Assembly: GCA_038230695.1 (NCBI GenBank)
Contig: JBBRMT010000001.1
Location: 132-64,131 of the forward strand
DNA from: Chloroflexia bacterium
Lineage (GTDB): Bacteria > Chloroflexota > Chloroflexia > QHBQ01
Length of the DNA: 64,000 nt
Direction: 5' to 3'
In this document: one piece after another, positions 54,866 through 64,000 of the stretch
Layout of the letters: each line of letters opens with the position of its first letter
Position numbering within the stretch: the first letter of the stretch is position 1
Notes under the pieces: model-generated
What the model saw: only the letters and a program-made list of their open reading frames with translations
Database searches by the model: none
Told to the model about the DNA's origin: nothing
Position numbers and translations under genes: made by a program

Positions 54866-55837
54866 TTAGCAGAAGCCTTCCAACCAATGTTCGAGGGTGA
54901 GCAACGCCAGCCCATTGTGTGCCGCATAAGTTAGGGCAAGCAGTAGAGTTGTAGAGGCAATGAAAGTTGCGCTGATCGCCATCTTACGTGTTGATAGGCG
55001 CATCCTATATGGATCAGCTACGCCGAGCAGAGCATCAAAGCGGGCGTTCATCACTGCGCCATCTACGCGGTCTATAACATTGGCTGTAATGAGGTATGTG
55101 GTTGGGGGCCGATGAACGCTAGCCAGATGGTATAGCGCAGCGGCTAGCGGCTTAGGGGTTCGTTGTACGGCAACCGCCTCCTGATCAGCGGCTAGCTCGC
55201 GCATCGCCAAATAATGCTGATAGAGATCGCTGGCAACCGGCAGAAAGAAGAAAGCATGAGCCAGGGCGGAAGCGATCGCCATCTTGAGCGGGTCATGGTG
55301 GAGAAGATGATAGCCCTCGTGCAGGAGTATGGCTTCTAGTTCATCAGGGCTTGCGACCAGCCCCAGCAAGGCAGTGCTGATGCAGATGCGGCTAGCAATC
55401 GCCCCATAGCAGAAGGCAAGTAGCTGGTTGTTTTCCACCAGCGTTACCCTGCCTGTCAGGCCGATGCGATCTACCATCTCAGCAAGATGATCGGGTAGAG
55501 GTCGGCGCTGCTGGTGAATTGTGCCAATAGCGGCGCTGGTTCGCCGCAATTGGGCAAATGGCAGCCCTATAGCTACCGCCAGTACTCCCAGCAACCCGGC
55601 TATCATGCTATAGGCAAACAGGCGATCAGCCAGATCAGGTGAGGTTAGCAGCAGCATACAGTTATCGGCGATCAGGTGTATTCCTTGCTGCCCTTTTAGC
55701 TGCCCCCACACGCCAAGCAGTAGGCGCAACGCCAGCCAACCCAGCAGCACGGCAATCAATAGCGCCACGGCAATAAGGAGCCGCAGGCTGGCATCAGGGT
55801 CGAATGTGATTTTCGTCTTAGCCGCTGGTCTATGCAC
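54866..55837 (-). CDS. BlaR1/MecR1-like peptidase M56 family membrane protein (signal transducer)
   Basis: HEGYH zinc motif (ILLHEGYHLLHHD) and 4-TM N-terminal topology. Directly downstream of a BlaI-like repressor gene. Confidence 0.7.
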   Translation of the reverse strand: MHRPAAKTKITFDPDASLRLLIAVALLIAVLLGWLALRLLLGVWGQLKGQQGIHLIADNCMLLLTSPDLADRLFAYSMIAGLLGVLAVAIGLPFAQLRRTSAAIGTIHQQRRPLPDHLAEMVDRIGLTGRVTLVENNQLLAFCYGAIASRICISTALLGLVASPDELEAILLHEGYHLLHHDPLKMAIASALAHAFFFLPVASDLYQHYLAMRELAADQEAVAVQRTPKPLAAALYHLASVHRPPTTYLITANVIDRVDGAVMNARFDALLGVADPYRMRLSTRKMAISATFIASTTLLLALTYAAHNGLALLTLEHWLEGFC

Positions 55838-56251
55838 CTACCCCTCCTCTTTGCTGCCCTCCACGAGAAGGCGCTGGATAGCCGCAAGCCGCTGGGGGTC
55901 GGCGGTGGCAAGGTGTTCCGCAAACCTGGCAAGAGCAAGGTCGCCAAAACTCTCTACCAACCGCTCTACCTGGCGGGCAGCGGCGCTGGAGAGGAACTCC
56001 GCCCTACTCTGGATAACCTGGTAGTAATGCGTCTTGCCCTGGTGCCGACGGCGCAGCAGCCCCTTATCCGCAAGGTGGCTCATCACCGTCATTATCGTAG
56101 TATAAGCAAGCGGCGGCTGCTTAACCAGCCCAACTGCCTCATAGACCTGACGCACGGTGATTTCGTCCGCTGGTTGTCGCCATAGCCAGATCATAATCTC
56201 ACCTTCCAGGTCGCCAAGCAGTCCCTTGATGCTACCTTGCGCTTCGGCCAT
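55838..56251 (-). CDS. BlaI/MecI/CopY family transcriptional repressor
   Basis: Penicillinase-repressor wHTH …ITVRQVYEAVGLVKQPPLAYTTIMTVMSHLADKGLLRRRHQGKTHYYQ. AAGGAGA SD. Confidence 0.75.
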   Translation of the reverse strand: MAEAQGSIKGLLGDLEGEIMIWLWRQPADEITVRQVYEAVGLVKQPPLAYTTIMTVMSHLADKGLLRRRHQGKTHYYQVIQSRAEFLSSAAARQVERLVESFGDLALARFAEHLATADPQRLAAIQRLLVEGSKEEG

Positions 56252-56311
56252 CGTCTCCTTGCATCCTTTCCTGTTTCTGGCATCTCTTTTTCTATCCGCA
56301 TTATAGCTATA

Positions 56312-56672
56312 TCAATGGCTATATGCAATCAGGCGGGTGCTCCCCATGCCAGGGTCGGGTTGCTGATTGTACCAACCCTTCAGCCAGCCGGTCATAACGC
56401 CAATCTCCTTTTGCTGCGCGGAGATGATGCCACTGGCAATCTGTTTGATTTCAGCATGGTTGGCGTTGGTTGCCGCAGACTTTGCCATATCAAGCGCGGT
56501 CTGGTGATGTGGTATCATTGCTTTGATGAAGGCGATGTTGAAGGTATCACCAGAAAGCCCTTTCAATTTGTCCAGATCTGAGTTAGTGGGTCTGGGCTGA
56601 AGCAGCGCCGAAGCCGCTACCCAGCGCAAGGGCGAGGATGAAAAGCGCGGCTAGTATCTTCAACTTTTGCAT
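56312..56672 (-). CDS. DUF305 domain secreted protein; the signal-peptide frame (ATG 56672, stop 56583) and the mature-domain frame (to 56312) differ by one nucleotide
   Basis: DUF305 signature …IKAMIPHHQTALDMAKSAATNANHAEIKQIASGIISAQQKEIGVMTGWL. The ATG at 56672 with GGAGAGTAAG SD encodes MQKLKILAALFILALALGSGFGAASAQTH*. The domain continues in the +1 frame. Confidence 0.5.
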
Positions 56673-56821
56673 CTTACTCTCCTTTAATTTAGGGTTGTGG
56701 GTTCGGTGAAATCACATACTATGTTGGTATAACAGATTTTGTGCCATACACGAGGATACTCGCTACGGCTAAACTGGAAATTCGCGTTTATCTGCCCGGC
56801 TGAGGGCTAAAGCACCTGTTG

Positions 56822-58144
56822 CTAGGGTGTAACCTCGACGATCATGGTAAGGCCGCCACCGCCCTGCTCCTCCTTGCCATCGTTGGTGATATGGTGATTG
56901 ATATGACAGTGCAGCAGCCACTTGCCGGGGGCGCGGGCAGTGAAGACCACATCGTAGCTCTCGCCTGGGCCAACTAGCACGGTATTTTTGGTCAGTTGCG
57001 CCGCCTCCGGCACCGGGTTGCCGTCAGTGGCGACAATCTTGAACGGCTGTCCGTGCAGGTGCATAGGATGTATGAACTGACCGCTGCCGATGAAACGCAG
57101 CAGCGCCTGTTGACCCTGCTTCACCTTGATGGTTTCGGTGGACGGATAGCTCTTGCCGTTGATGGTGAAGTAGTTGGGCAGCATCCCCTCGAAATCCATT
57201 GCCGGGTATGTCTGACCGTTGGTTACTCGCAACTCGTTTAGCATGATCGTGTATTCAGCGTCGTATTTGATGGTCGGGTTCTTCGCATCAATTATAAATG
57301 GGGCGTAGAGGCCGAGTGGCTGCTGGCGATCTGCATCCTCATGGGTATGGTAGAAGTAGGTGCCAGGGGTGTTGGGGATGGTAAACTCGTAGGTGAAGAT
57401 ACCACCTGCGGCAATCGCTGGCTGCGTCACATCCGGTACACCATCCATGTTGTTCGGGATTTGCAGGCCGTGCCAATGTATAGTGGTCGCCTCCGGCATC
57501 TGGTTGTGGAGGATGACGCGGACGCGATCGCCCTCGATCACGCGGATCTCCGGGCCAGGCACTTGCCCGTTGTATGCGTAAGCGCCCACCAGTACATCGG
57601 GCAGGATGTTCCACTTGATCACGCTAGCGGTCAGCTCGAATTGCTTGACACCACTAACATCCTTGAATGCCAGCAGCTGCCCGCCCTTCGCTTTGGGGTC
57701 GGCAGCAGGAGCATTGGTGACATCCAACGGCGACATATTGTGTCCGCCAGTTGCGCCCATGCTCACACCTCCCGCGCCCGCTGGTGACGGTGTGGGGGTA
57801 CACTCACCTGCAGCCACCATCCCCGCCATCGCTGGTGGCTGGCACGTCCCGTCACTACCCTGTGCTGCGCCATTTGCCCTACCACCGCTACGCATCGAAA
57901 GGTCGCCAAAGTGGGCGGCCAGGCCGACACCAACGGTGAGTAGCAGCAGCGCAAGCACGGTAGCGAAAATTATCTGAATGCGGGGTACTGCCGGGCGTAT
58001 CGGTGGCCCTTCCATAGCCATACCCGCCATATCTTGCTCCTGATTATTTGCAGGCTGAGGCGGACCTTGTAGTGGCGGATCGATATTGTGATCGCCACTC
58101 ATCGGCATAGGCTTGGGACTTCGCTCATCACCGCTCATGTTCAT
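56822..58144 (-). CDS. multicopper oxidase (laccase/CueO-like) with Met/His-rich N-terminal region
   Basis: Copper-binding motifs HWHG (TIHWHGLQIP), HPMHLHG and HCHINHH. N-terminus MNMSGDERSPKPMPMSGDH…DMAGMAMEG. Confidence 0.85.
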   Translation of the reverse strand: MNMSGDERSPKPMPMSGDHNIDPPLQGPPQPANNQEQDMAGMAMEGPPIRPAVPRIQIIFATVLALLLLTVGVGLAAHFGDLSMRSGGRANGAAQGSDGTCQPPAMAGMVAAGECTPTPSPAGAGGVSMGATGGHNMSPLDVTNAPAADPKAKGGQLLAFKDVSGVKQFELTASVIKWNILPDVLVGAYAYNGQVPGPEIRVIEGDRVRVILHNQMPEATTIHWHGLQIPNNMDGVPDVTQPAIAAGGIFTYEFTIPNTPGTYFYHTHEDADRQQPLGLYAPFIIDAKNPTIKYDAEYTIMLNELRVTNGQTYPAMDFEGMLPNYFTINGKSYPSTETIKVKQGQQALLRFIGSGQFIHPMHLHGQPFKIVATDGNPVPEAAQLTKNTVLVGPGESYDVVFTARAPGKWLLHCHINHHITNDGKEEQGGGGLTMIVEVTP

Positions 58145-58158
58145 GCTACCGCTCCGTT

Positions 58159-58953
58159 CTAGTGTGTTACCGCTTCTGGATGTTTGTAATCGGTAAGCTG
58201 GGCAGGCGCTACGTCAAGTACGGCACCGGGTAGCGGCTGCTCACCAGTGCGCTGCTCCACGAGGCTACGCTCCACGTTAAGGCTGTGTCCTCCTCGCCCC
58301 AGCGCTTTCGCTGTACCCATACCGTGCTTCAGGCCGCTTTCGACCAGCCAATAATTCATCGGATAGGCGATTATGCCGCCAATTATTACACCCAGCGACA
58401 TCACGCCCCAGAAGTGGAGGCTGGTCGGCTCCATTGCGGTCATATCTTTGCTCATCAGGATGACCATTACCGGGAACATCCCCGCAGCCATCGTGTTCAA
58501 CGAGAGGAACTCCGGCAGCCAGGTGCGTTTCAGCGCCTGTGCATAGCTCAGGCCCATGATGTCCTTCATAAACAACGCCTGAAAGATGAGCAGGCCAAAG
58601 CCGAACCCAGCTGCGTATTCCACAATCAGGTCCAGCCACATGGGCAGCCCCAGCAGATTAGTTACTACTGCGGCGGTAACGATACCCAGCCCGTCACCCG
58701 CGACACAGTGGATGGTCGAGCCAAGCGCCTGCTTCCACATAGGGGCGACGAACTCTGCGTGGGTGTCAGGCAGGGGCTGATGGCAGCCAATCAGGTAAAG
58801 AAACAAGCTTACCGGCCCGCTGAACAGGGTGACGATAATCCAGGCGGGCTTCATCACCGTCATCTCCGGCGTGTTGGTATACAGATCGTAGGTCACATAC
58901 GCGACCGAGAACGCGGTAAAGACAAACCAGGTGAGCAGTACACCGTCAATCAT
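58159..58953 (-). CDS. polytopic membrane protein (possibly DUF4396-like), first gene of the minus-strand copper cluster
   Basis: Starts MIDGVLLTWFVFTAFSVAYVTY. Several TM helices. Family name is a weak recollection. Confidence 0.4.
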   Translation of the reverse strand: MIDGVLLTWFVFTAFSVAYVTYDLYTNTPEMTVMKPAWIIVTLFSGPVSLFLYLIGCHQPLPDTHAEFVAPMWKQALGSTIHCVAGDGLGIVTAAVVTNLLGLPMWLDLIVEYAAGFGFGLLIFQALFMKDIMGLSYAQALKRTWLPEFLSLNTMAAGMFPVMVILMSKDMTAMEPTSLHFWGVMSLGVIIGGIIAYPMNYWLVESGLKHGMGTAKALGRGGHSLNVERSLVEQRTGEQPLPGAVLDVAPAQLTDYKHPEAVTH

Positions 58954-59088
58954 CTTTATATTGTCCCTTTCATGTTGCATGCGCCTGCGGTGGCACGAGC
59001 TTCTCTGCTTCGCCCATGCAGCTTGACAGGGTTGCTGCAGATCTACTATACTAGCTTCGTAAATATTTGTCAAGGTCAGGAGAGTGTG

Positions 59089-60120
59089 ATGGCGGGCATA
59101 GACTGGCGGGCTTTGCTGGTGAAGGTGCAGCAGTATATCCTCTACTTCTTGCCTTTCTTCCTGATTGGACTAGCAGTGGAAGTTGGGCTGGATACGCTGC
59201 TGGCCCGCTGGCGCAACAGGCCGCTGGTGAAGGCGTGGTTGGCTGCCTGGGACAATAACTCATTTGGTGGCAAGGGGGAAGGCGAGGCTCAACCCTGGTG
59301 GTATCATGCGCTGCTCGCGTTGCGAATAGTTGCTGGCCCAGTTGCGCTCATCCTCGCCTGGCGCTGGAGTGGGCGGCTGCTCTGGCTGCGCCTGTTCGGT
59401 GGGCTGCTGGTTGCAGGTGCGCTACTCCTCATCATCTCGCGCACCAGGCGGGTACAGGCAGCCCCAGCACAGTGGCATAACGTCACGGTAGAAGATGCAG
59501 TCAACGACGTAGTGACGGAGAGCAGCGGCGCAGCGGAACCCCCGGCTACGCTGCTGGCTGCTATTGACAGCGGCCAGATTAGCGATGCGCCTGAGCGCAC
59601 AATTGCAACCAGCCCTACCTCTACAGCCACCATCGCCTTGCCACCCGCACCCAACCCATTGAAACTCTGGTGGCGCAGCCTGGATAGCTTCCTGGGCCGC
59701 GCCTTCGGCCATCGGCTAGACTGGCTGGGGCTGAAGGCGGCCATCGTTCTGATTGTAGGCGGCTTTCTCGCCCTTATTCTGCCATACAAGGTTGGCGTGG
59801 ATGCGTTTGGCGGCATCCTCCCCATCCTACTCTTCCCCCTGGTTGGCTACTTCCTGCCCACCAGCGGCGGCGCAGATATGGCAGTGGTCATCGTGCTGGC
59901 AAGCAAGGGCATGAGCCTGGGCGCTGCCTTCAGTTTCATCCTGGCCTCACCGCTAATCTATCGCGCCCGCTTGGAGGAAGTGGAACTGCTGAACGGTAGG
60001 AAGGCGATGTTCGCCTATGCTGCGGTTGGCTATGCCCTTCCGGTTGCCCTGGGAATGGCGCTATACCTGATCTTTCCCGCATGGCTGCTGTTACTTACTG
60101 GCCTTTTGATGTATATTTAA
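59089..60120 (+). CDS. predicted permease (PF03773/DUF318-like, ArsP-related)
   Basis: MAGIDWRALLVKVQQYILYFLPFFLIGLAVEVGL resembles the N-terminus of DUF318/ArsP permeases. ATG at 59089 with AGGAGAG SD. TTGACA-N17-CTATAC promoter at ~59003-59031. Confidence 0.45.
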   Translation: MAGIDWRALLVKVQQYILYFLPFFLIGLAVEVGLDTLLARWRNRPLVKAWLAAWDNNSFGGKGEGEAQPWWYHALLALRIVAGPVALILAWRWSGRLLWLRLFGGLLVAGALLLIISRTRRVQAAPAQWHNVTVEDAVNDVVTESSGAAEPPATLLAAIDSGQISDAPERTIATSPTSTATIALPPAPNPLKLWWRSLDSFLGRAFGHRLDWLGLKAAIVLIVGGFLALILPYKVGVDAFGGILPILLFPLVGYFLPTSGGADMAVVIVLASKGMSLGAAFSFILASPLIYRARLEEVELLNGRKAMFAYAAVGYALPVALGMALYLIFPAWLLLLTGLLMYI

Positions 60121-60200
60121 TGTAAGCCAGCTTGACGCTTGCACGGCTGATCTACGATACTGTCTTCAATAGAATCCAATACACAAACCAGGAGTATACA

Positions 60201-61175
60201 GTGGCCCGAACTACAACGAGAAAAAACCCGCCACCGCCTCCGCCAGTGCAGGCGGTATCAGCCATCCGCCGCAACTGGGTAGTGCTGCTGCCAGCGGCAA
60301 CTGCGCTGATTGTAGGGTTGGCGCTGTTGCTCACTTCGGGGGCGTTTGGCAGTAGCCCGAAGCTACTCAATGAGCCAGGCCAGACTCACATCCACACCGC
60401 ATTGCTCTATTCAGGTGGCGGGCAGGAGCGCATCCTGGTCGGCGCACATGATGGCCTGTACGAGCGTAGCGGGGCGCTTTCGGCAGCAGGCTGGCAGCAG
60501 AATGGTGGGGTTAGCAAAACTGATGTAATGGGCCTTGGCTACAATCCCAGCCAGCCGCGTCGTCTGTATATAGTAGGTCACAGCATCGGCGTGGCGGTTA
60601 GCGACGATGGGGGTGGCAGTTGGACAAACCTACTGCCGGGGGCAGACCCTTCTTACACCCCTAATGACGTTCATGCTCTGGCGGTTGATGCAACCGATGG
60701 CAGTCTCTACATCTGGATGGAGAAGAAGGGTATGGCCCGCTCCACCGACCAGGGAGCAAGCTGGCAGCCAATCGCCAATAATGCGGGCGGCCAGGTTGTC
60801 TCCCTACTGATGATGCACCCGACGGCGGCCCAGCCGGTGTTGTATGCGGGAACAACGGGCGGGCTGCTCCGCTCCACCGACCGAGGAGTAAGCTGGCAAT
60901 CAGTGGCTGGCACATGGGAAAAGGGCGGGGTCTATGCGCTGGCAAACGCTGGCCGCAGGATATATGCCGGAACGCCCGACGGCCTATACCAGAGCGATGA
61001 TGACGGTACAAGCTGGCTGGCAACTGCCAACCTGCCCAAGCAGCCAGTGGTGGGGGTATCTGCCAACCTGCTCGACCCCCAGCGAATGATAGTGATGTTC
61101 AATGATACCAGCATATTTGAGAGCAGCGATGGTGGAACTAGCTGGCAGGCAGCGGCGATGAGCAGCACGCCGTAA
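60201..61175 (+). CDS. membrane-anchored BNR/Ycf48-like beta-propeller protein
   Basis: Five S-x-D-x-G-x-(T/S)-W BNR motifs (SDDGGGSW, STDQGASW, STDRGVSW, SDDDGTSW, SSDGGTSW). GTG start with CAGGAG SD. Confidence 0.6.
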   Translation: MARTTTRKNPPPPPPVQAVSAIRRNWVVLLPAATALIVGLALLLTSGAFGSSPKLLNEPGQTHIHTALLYSGGGQERILVGAHDGLYERSGALSAAGWQQNGGVSKTDVMGLGYNPSQPRRLYIVGHSIGVAVSDDGGGSWTNLLPGADPSYTPNDVHALAVDATDGSLYIWMEKKGMARSTDQGASWQPIANNAGGQVVSLLMMHPTAAQPVLYAGTTGGLLRSTDRGVSWQSVAGTWEKGGVYALANAGRRIYAGTPDGLYQSDDDGTSWLATANLPKQPVVGVSANLLDPQRMIVMFNDTSIFESSDGGTSWQAAAMSSTP

Positions 61176-61198
61176 TGGCAGGAGATGGGAGTTTTAGG

Positions 61199-61846
61199 AT
61201 GATAAAGATAATACCTGGAAATTGGCAGGCGCTGGGCCGCTTTCGCTATATGGCGCTGAGTATCGCCCTGGTGGTGTTCGGCGCAATCGTGCTGTCGGCC
61301 TGCGACGCAATTGGCGGTAGCCAGTCAATAAGCAACGGCGGTGGCTACGACAAAGGCAGCGGGGCGGCAGTCGCCCTCACCCCCAGGCCGGGTGAAACGC
61401 CCAATACGGTCGCGCCGCGTATCGGGGCTTTGGCCCCGAACATCGAACTAACCACAAACAGCGGCAAGAAGATGAGCCTGGGTGATGCGCTGAAGACTAA
61501 CAAAGTTGTGCTGGTCAACTTCTGGGCCAGTTGGTGTCCGCCCTGCCGCGCCGAAATGCCCGATATAGAAGCGACCTACTCGCGCTTCCGTAACCAGGGC
61601 TTTACCGTCATCGGGGTCAATATGCAGGAGAGCAGCGACCAGGTTTCGCAGTACGCCAAAGATGGTGGCTACGACTTCCCGCTGCTGCTCGATAGCGACG
61701 CAGTTGCAGCTAATCAGTATCATGTCTCCTCGCTGCCCAGCAGTTACTTCGTGGGCGCAGATGGTATTATCAAGATGGTGAACTATGGGGCGTTGACCCA
61801 GGCTTCATTGGAAGACAAGCTACAGCAGTTGGGCCTGAGTAAGTAG
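61199..61846 (+). CDS. TlpA/ResA-like thiol:disulfide oxidoreductase (thioredoxin fold, WCPPC), membrane-anchored or lipoprotein
   Basis: VLVNFWASWCPPCRAEMPDIEATYSRFRNQGFTVIGVN. N-terminal hydrophobic segment ending in LSAC. Confidence 0.75.
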   Translation: MIKIIPGNWQALGRFRYMALSIALVVFGAIVLSACDAIGGSQSISNGGGYDKGSGAAVALTPRPGETPNTVAPRIGALAPNIELTTNSGKKMSLGDALKTNKVVLVNFWASWCPPCRAEMPDIEATYSRFRNQGFTVIGVNMQESSDQVSQYAKDGGYDFPLLLDSDAVAANQYHVSSLPSSYFVGADGIIKMVNYGALTQASLEDKLQQLGLSK

Positions 61847-61892
61847 GGGTGAATAACGAATCGCTCTTCTAAGGATGATAAAGGAGTTAGCC

Positions 61893-62399
61893 ATGTATCA
61901 GCGCGTGCGCCTAATGTTGGCGCTGGTGAGCGTGATGGGGTTGAGCCTCATATTGCTAGCGGCGTGCGATAACGGAAACCAGAGTGGCGCGGTAGCGACC
62001 TCGACAGTTGGGCCGTCTCCAACCGTGTCCGCGACAGTGGGCCAGCTAGTCACCACCGCTAAGGGCAGCTACACCGACATTAGCCCGCAGCAATTGAACG
62101 CGATGCTGGCGCACAAGGATTTCTTCCTTGTGGATGTTCATGTACCCCATCAGGGCAGATTGCCCAACCTCGATGCCCGCATTGCCTACGACAAAATCGC
62201 CGACAACTTGAACCTGCTACCAACCGATATGAACGCCCGCATCGTGCTTACCTGCCGCAGCGGGCGGATGAGTACGATTGCCAGCAACACCCTGGCCGAC
62301 CTGGGTTACACCCACGTCTTCAATCTGGTGGGCGGGTTCGATGGCTGGCAAGCGGCAGGCTATCCGCTGCTGCCCGAAGCAACGCCTAAATTGCAATGA
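61893..62399 (+). CDS. rhodanese-domain lipoprotein (single-domain sulfurtransferase, active-site Cys in LTCRSGRMS)
   Basis: Rhodanese fold …FFLVDVHVPHQG…IVLTCRSGRMSTIASNTL…GGFDGWQAAGYPL. Lipobox LLAAC. AAAGGAG SD. Confidence 0.7.
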   Translation: MYQRVRLMLALVSVMGLSLILLAACDNGNQSGAVATSTVGPSPTVSATVGQLVTTAKGSYTDISPQQLNAMLAHKDFFLVDVHVPHQGRLPNLDARIAYDKIADNLNLLPTDMNARIVLTCRSGRMSTIASNTLADLGYTHVFNLVGGFDGWQAAGYPLLPEATPKLQ

Positions 62400-62417
62400 C
62401 AGTGCGACTTATCAAAC

Positions 62418-63839
62418 CTACGGCATGATCGAGTAAACCCAGTAGTGGAACTCGTTCCAGGCCGCTGCGCCCGGCCAGGCATGGGCAGCGGCCTCAGCAT
62501 CTATACGCAGTGTGACGCTGCGTTTGCCAGCGGTGAGGCGGGGGGGCAGCATAAACTCCTCGTCGCGCCAGGCATTGTACATACTGTCGCCCGCCGAGTA
62601 CCACACCCCTGCCGCCTGCCCATCCACGCTAACCCGCCCACGCAGGAAGCCGAGGGTGTAGTCGAGCCGCCTTCGCAGCAGCACGCCCTGGTTGGCGGGG
62701 TCGAGCGCGATGGTGAAGCTGATGCTGCCACCGGCGGTTATCGCCTGTCCGCTATCGCTAAAAGGATAGGTGGTGGGATCGTCTGCGCCGGTGATGGTCT
62801 CGTAATTGCCAGCGGCGGTCGCATAGTTACCCAATGCCTGTCCCTGCCAGGCCAGACCGCTAACCTGGTCGTGATGCGCCGCCGCATTGCCTTGCGGCCC
62901 GAAGGTAAGCTCGTCAGTCTGGCTCAGGGTGGGGCTGTCGCGCAGATAGTAGTAGGCTACGCTGCTATAGGTGTAGCTATTGCCAGGATTATTGCGGCCC
63001 AGCAGGCCGTGCGCCAGCTCGAACTTCAGGCTACTGCCAAAAGGGATCGGGTCGCTAACCTGCCAGCGGTAGGCCGACACCTGCGGCCCGCCGAACTTAC
63101 CCGCCGGGTTGCCGTGGGTGGGCAGGCTGAAGTTGCCATTCTGGAAGCCCCAGCCACCGTTGAAGTAATCCTCCGTGCCGGTGCCAAGTATCTGCGGCGT
63201 GCGGTTGCCGTCTACGTAGATGGCTTCGTCACCCTCTTGCAGATAGTCCGGCCCACTTATCACCATAGTCGCACCTACGTACAACCCCGCGCCAGCAACG
63301 TTCAACAGCGGATAATTGATCAGCGGGCGCGGCTTTTCGCTATGATAGATGGCATGAAAGTAGGCCAGATTAGCATAATCGGCGGTGGGGTAGGCGTTAG
63401 CATTGTACTCCACTTCGTAATCCAGGGTCAGGGACTGGCTGGTGGGGTTGAGCAGGCTGATGGTTAGCCCCTTGCTGTACGGCATCGGCCAGTAGCTGTA
63501 GAACAGGTTGCGCGGCACATCAACTCCCACTGGCAAGCCGTTGACCTGATGTTCACCGATGCCGCTGCCGAAGAATATGCCCAGTGGAGTTTCCACATCG
63601 GGGCTGATTACATCACTGCGCTGGATGACCAGCCCAAGCAGGCCCACCGCTGCCGCTGTGGTCGGACTGAGCCGCAGCTTTAGAGCAGTGACTGCGCCTT
63701 GCCCATCCAGCGCAACGATGCGGGTTTCGCCTGCTCCGAGGGTGACATGACCCTGCTGCCGCGCTGCACTGCCCTCTGGCTTGTCCGCGCCGAACGGCAC
63801 GCTGGTGGCATTGCTGGCCTGCTGCAAAAGCTGCTGCAA
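62418..63839 (-). CDS. DUF2961 (GH172-like) family protein; N-terminus may extend beyond the listed Met
   Basis: Size and conserved blocks (…GTGTEDYFNGGWGF…) are consistent with DUF2961. Assignment from memory only. Confidence 0.4.
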   Translation of the reverse strand: MQQLLQQASNATSVPFGADKPEGSAARQQGHVTLGAGETRIVALDGQGAVTALKLRLSPTTAAAVGLLGLVIQRSDVISPDVETPLGIFFGSGIGEHQVNGLPVGVDVPRNLFYSYWPMPYSKGLTISLLNPTSQSLTLDYEVEYNANAYPTADYANLAYFHAIYHSEKPRPLINYPLLNVAGAGLYVGATMVISGPDYLQEGDEAIYVDGNRTPQILGTGTEDYFNGGWGFQNGNFSLPTHGNPAGKFGGPQVSAYRWQVSDPIPFGSSLKFELAHGLLGRNNPGNSYTYSSVAYYYLRDSPTLSQTDELTFGPQGNAAAHHDQVSGLAWQGQALGNYATAAGNYETITGADDPTTYPFSDSGQAITAGGSISFTIALDPANQGVLLRRRLDYTLGFLRGRVSVDGQAAGVWYSAGDSMYNAWRDEEFMLPPRLTAGKRSVTLRIDAEAAAHAWPGAAAWNEFHYWVYSIMP

Positions 63840-64000
63840 GGCGGCATTGTCTGGTTGGCTGCTGTTGGGGTCGGGGCTAGGGGCAAGCTGATAATCAATG
63901 TTGTAATACTGGGGCAGGTTGGTGGTGGCAATGCGGATATGGTGGGCAAAGGGCAGTCTGGCATAGCTGTAATATCCCCCACTGGAAACGCGGTTATCTC

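Noticed and set aside
57339-57977. Several ORFs overlapping the multicopper oxidase gene on both strands
   Set aside because: Only the 56822..58144 minus-strand frame contains the four copper-ligand motifs.

Overview
High-GC (~60%) chromosomal segment with lower-GC inserts. Thr/Pro-rich linker proteins, SLH anchoring domains and the overall gene content suggest a Chloroflexota/Ktedonobacteria-like organism; this is an inference from sequence style only. Housekeeping content: prfB with the conserved +1 programmed frameshift, a sucC-sucD-korA-korB (succinyl-CoA synthetase / 2-oxoglutarate:ferredoxin oxidoreductase) operon, clpC, an unusually long rpsA (S1), murA with a Cys-to-Asp active-site variant, and a Crp/Fnr regulator. 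Accessory content: (i) an ECF sigma / zinc-finger anti-sigma pair next to secreted proteins built from Cys/His-rich 37-aa repeats, with a shared promoter-like motif; (ii) a second ECF sigma whose zf-HC2 anti-sigma is fused to a ~1600-aa thioester-less alpha-2-macroglobulin-like ectodomain, which I rate the most unusual feature in the window; (iii) a low-GC island carrying a C-protein-controlled Type II R-M system (XRE C-protein, putative REase broken by an in-frame TAA, Dam-like D12 methyltransferase); (iv) a copper-homeostasis supercluster (BlaI/BlaR1-like pair, DUF305, multicopper oxidase, membrane proteins, BNR propeller, TlpA-like thioredoxin, rhodanese lipoprotein); (v) two paralogous small Chrome_Resist(ChrB C-terminal)-like proteins bracketing a hypothetical gene and an MFS transporter; (vi) tandem paralogous putative glycoside-hydrolase-like (DUF4015-type) genes separated by an AT-rich heptamer-repeat inverted repeat; (vii) a giant S-layer-anchored subtilase-Kelch protein and a decayed low-GC subtilase-SLH paralog. 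Several strong GC hairpins act as terminators between convergent genes. No tRNA, rRNA or CRISPR array was detected by eye.
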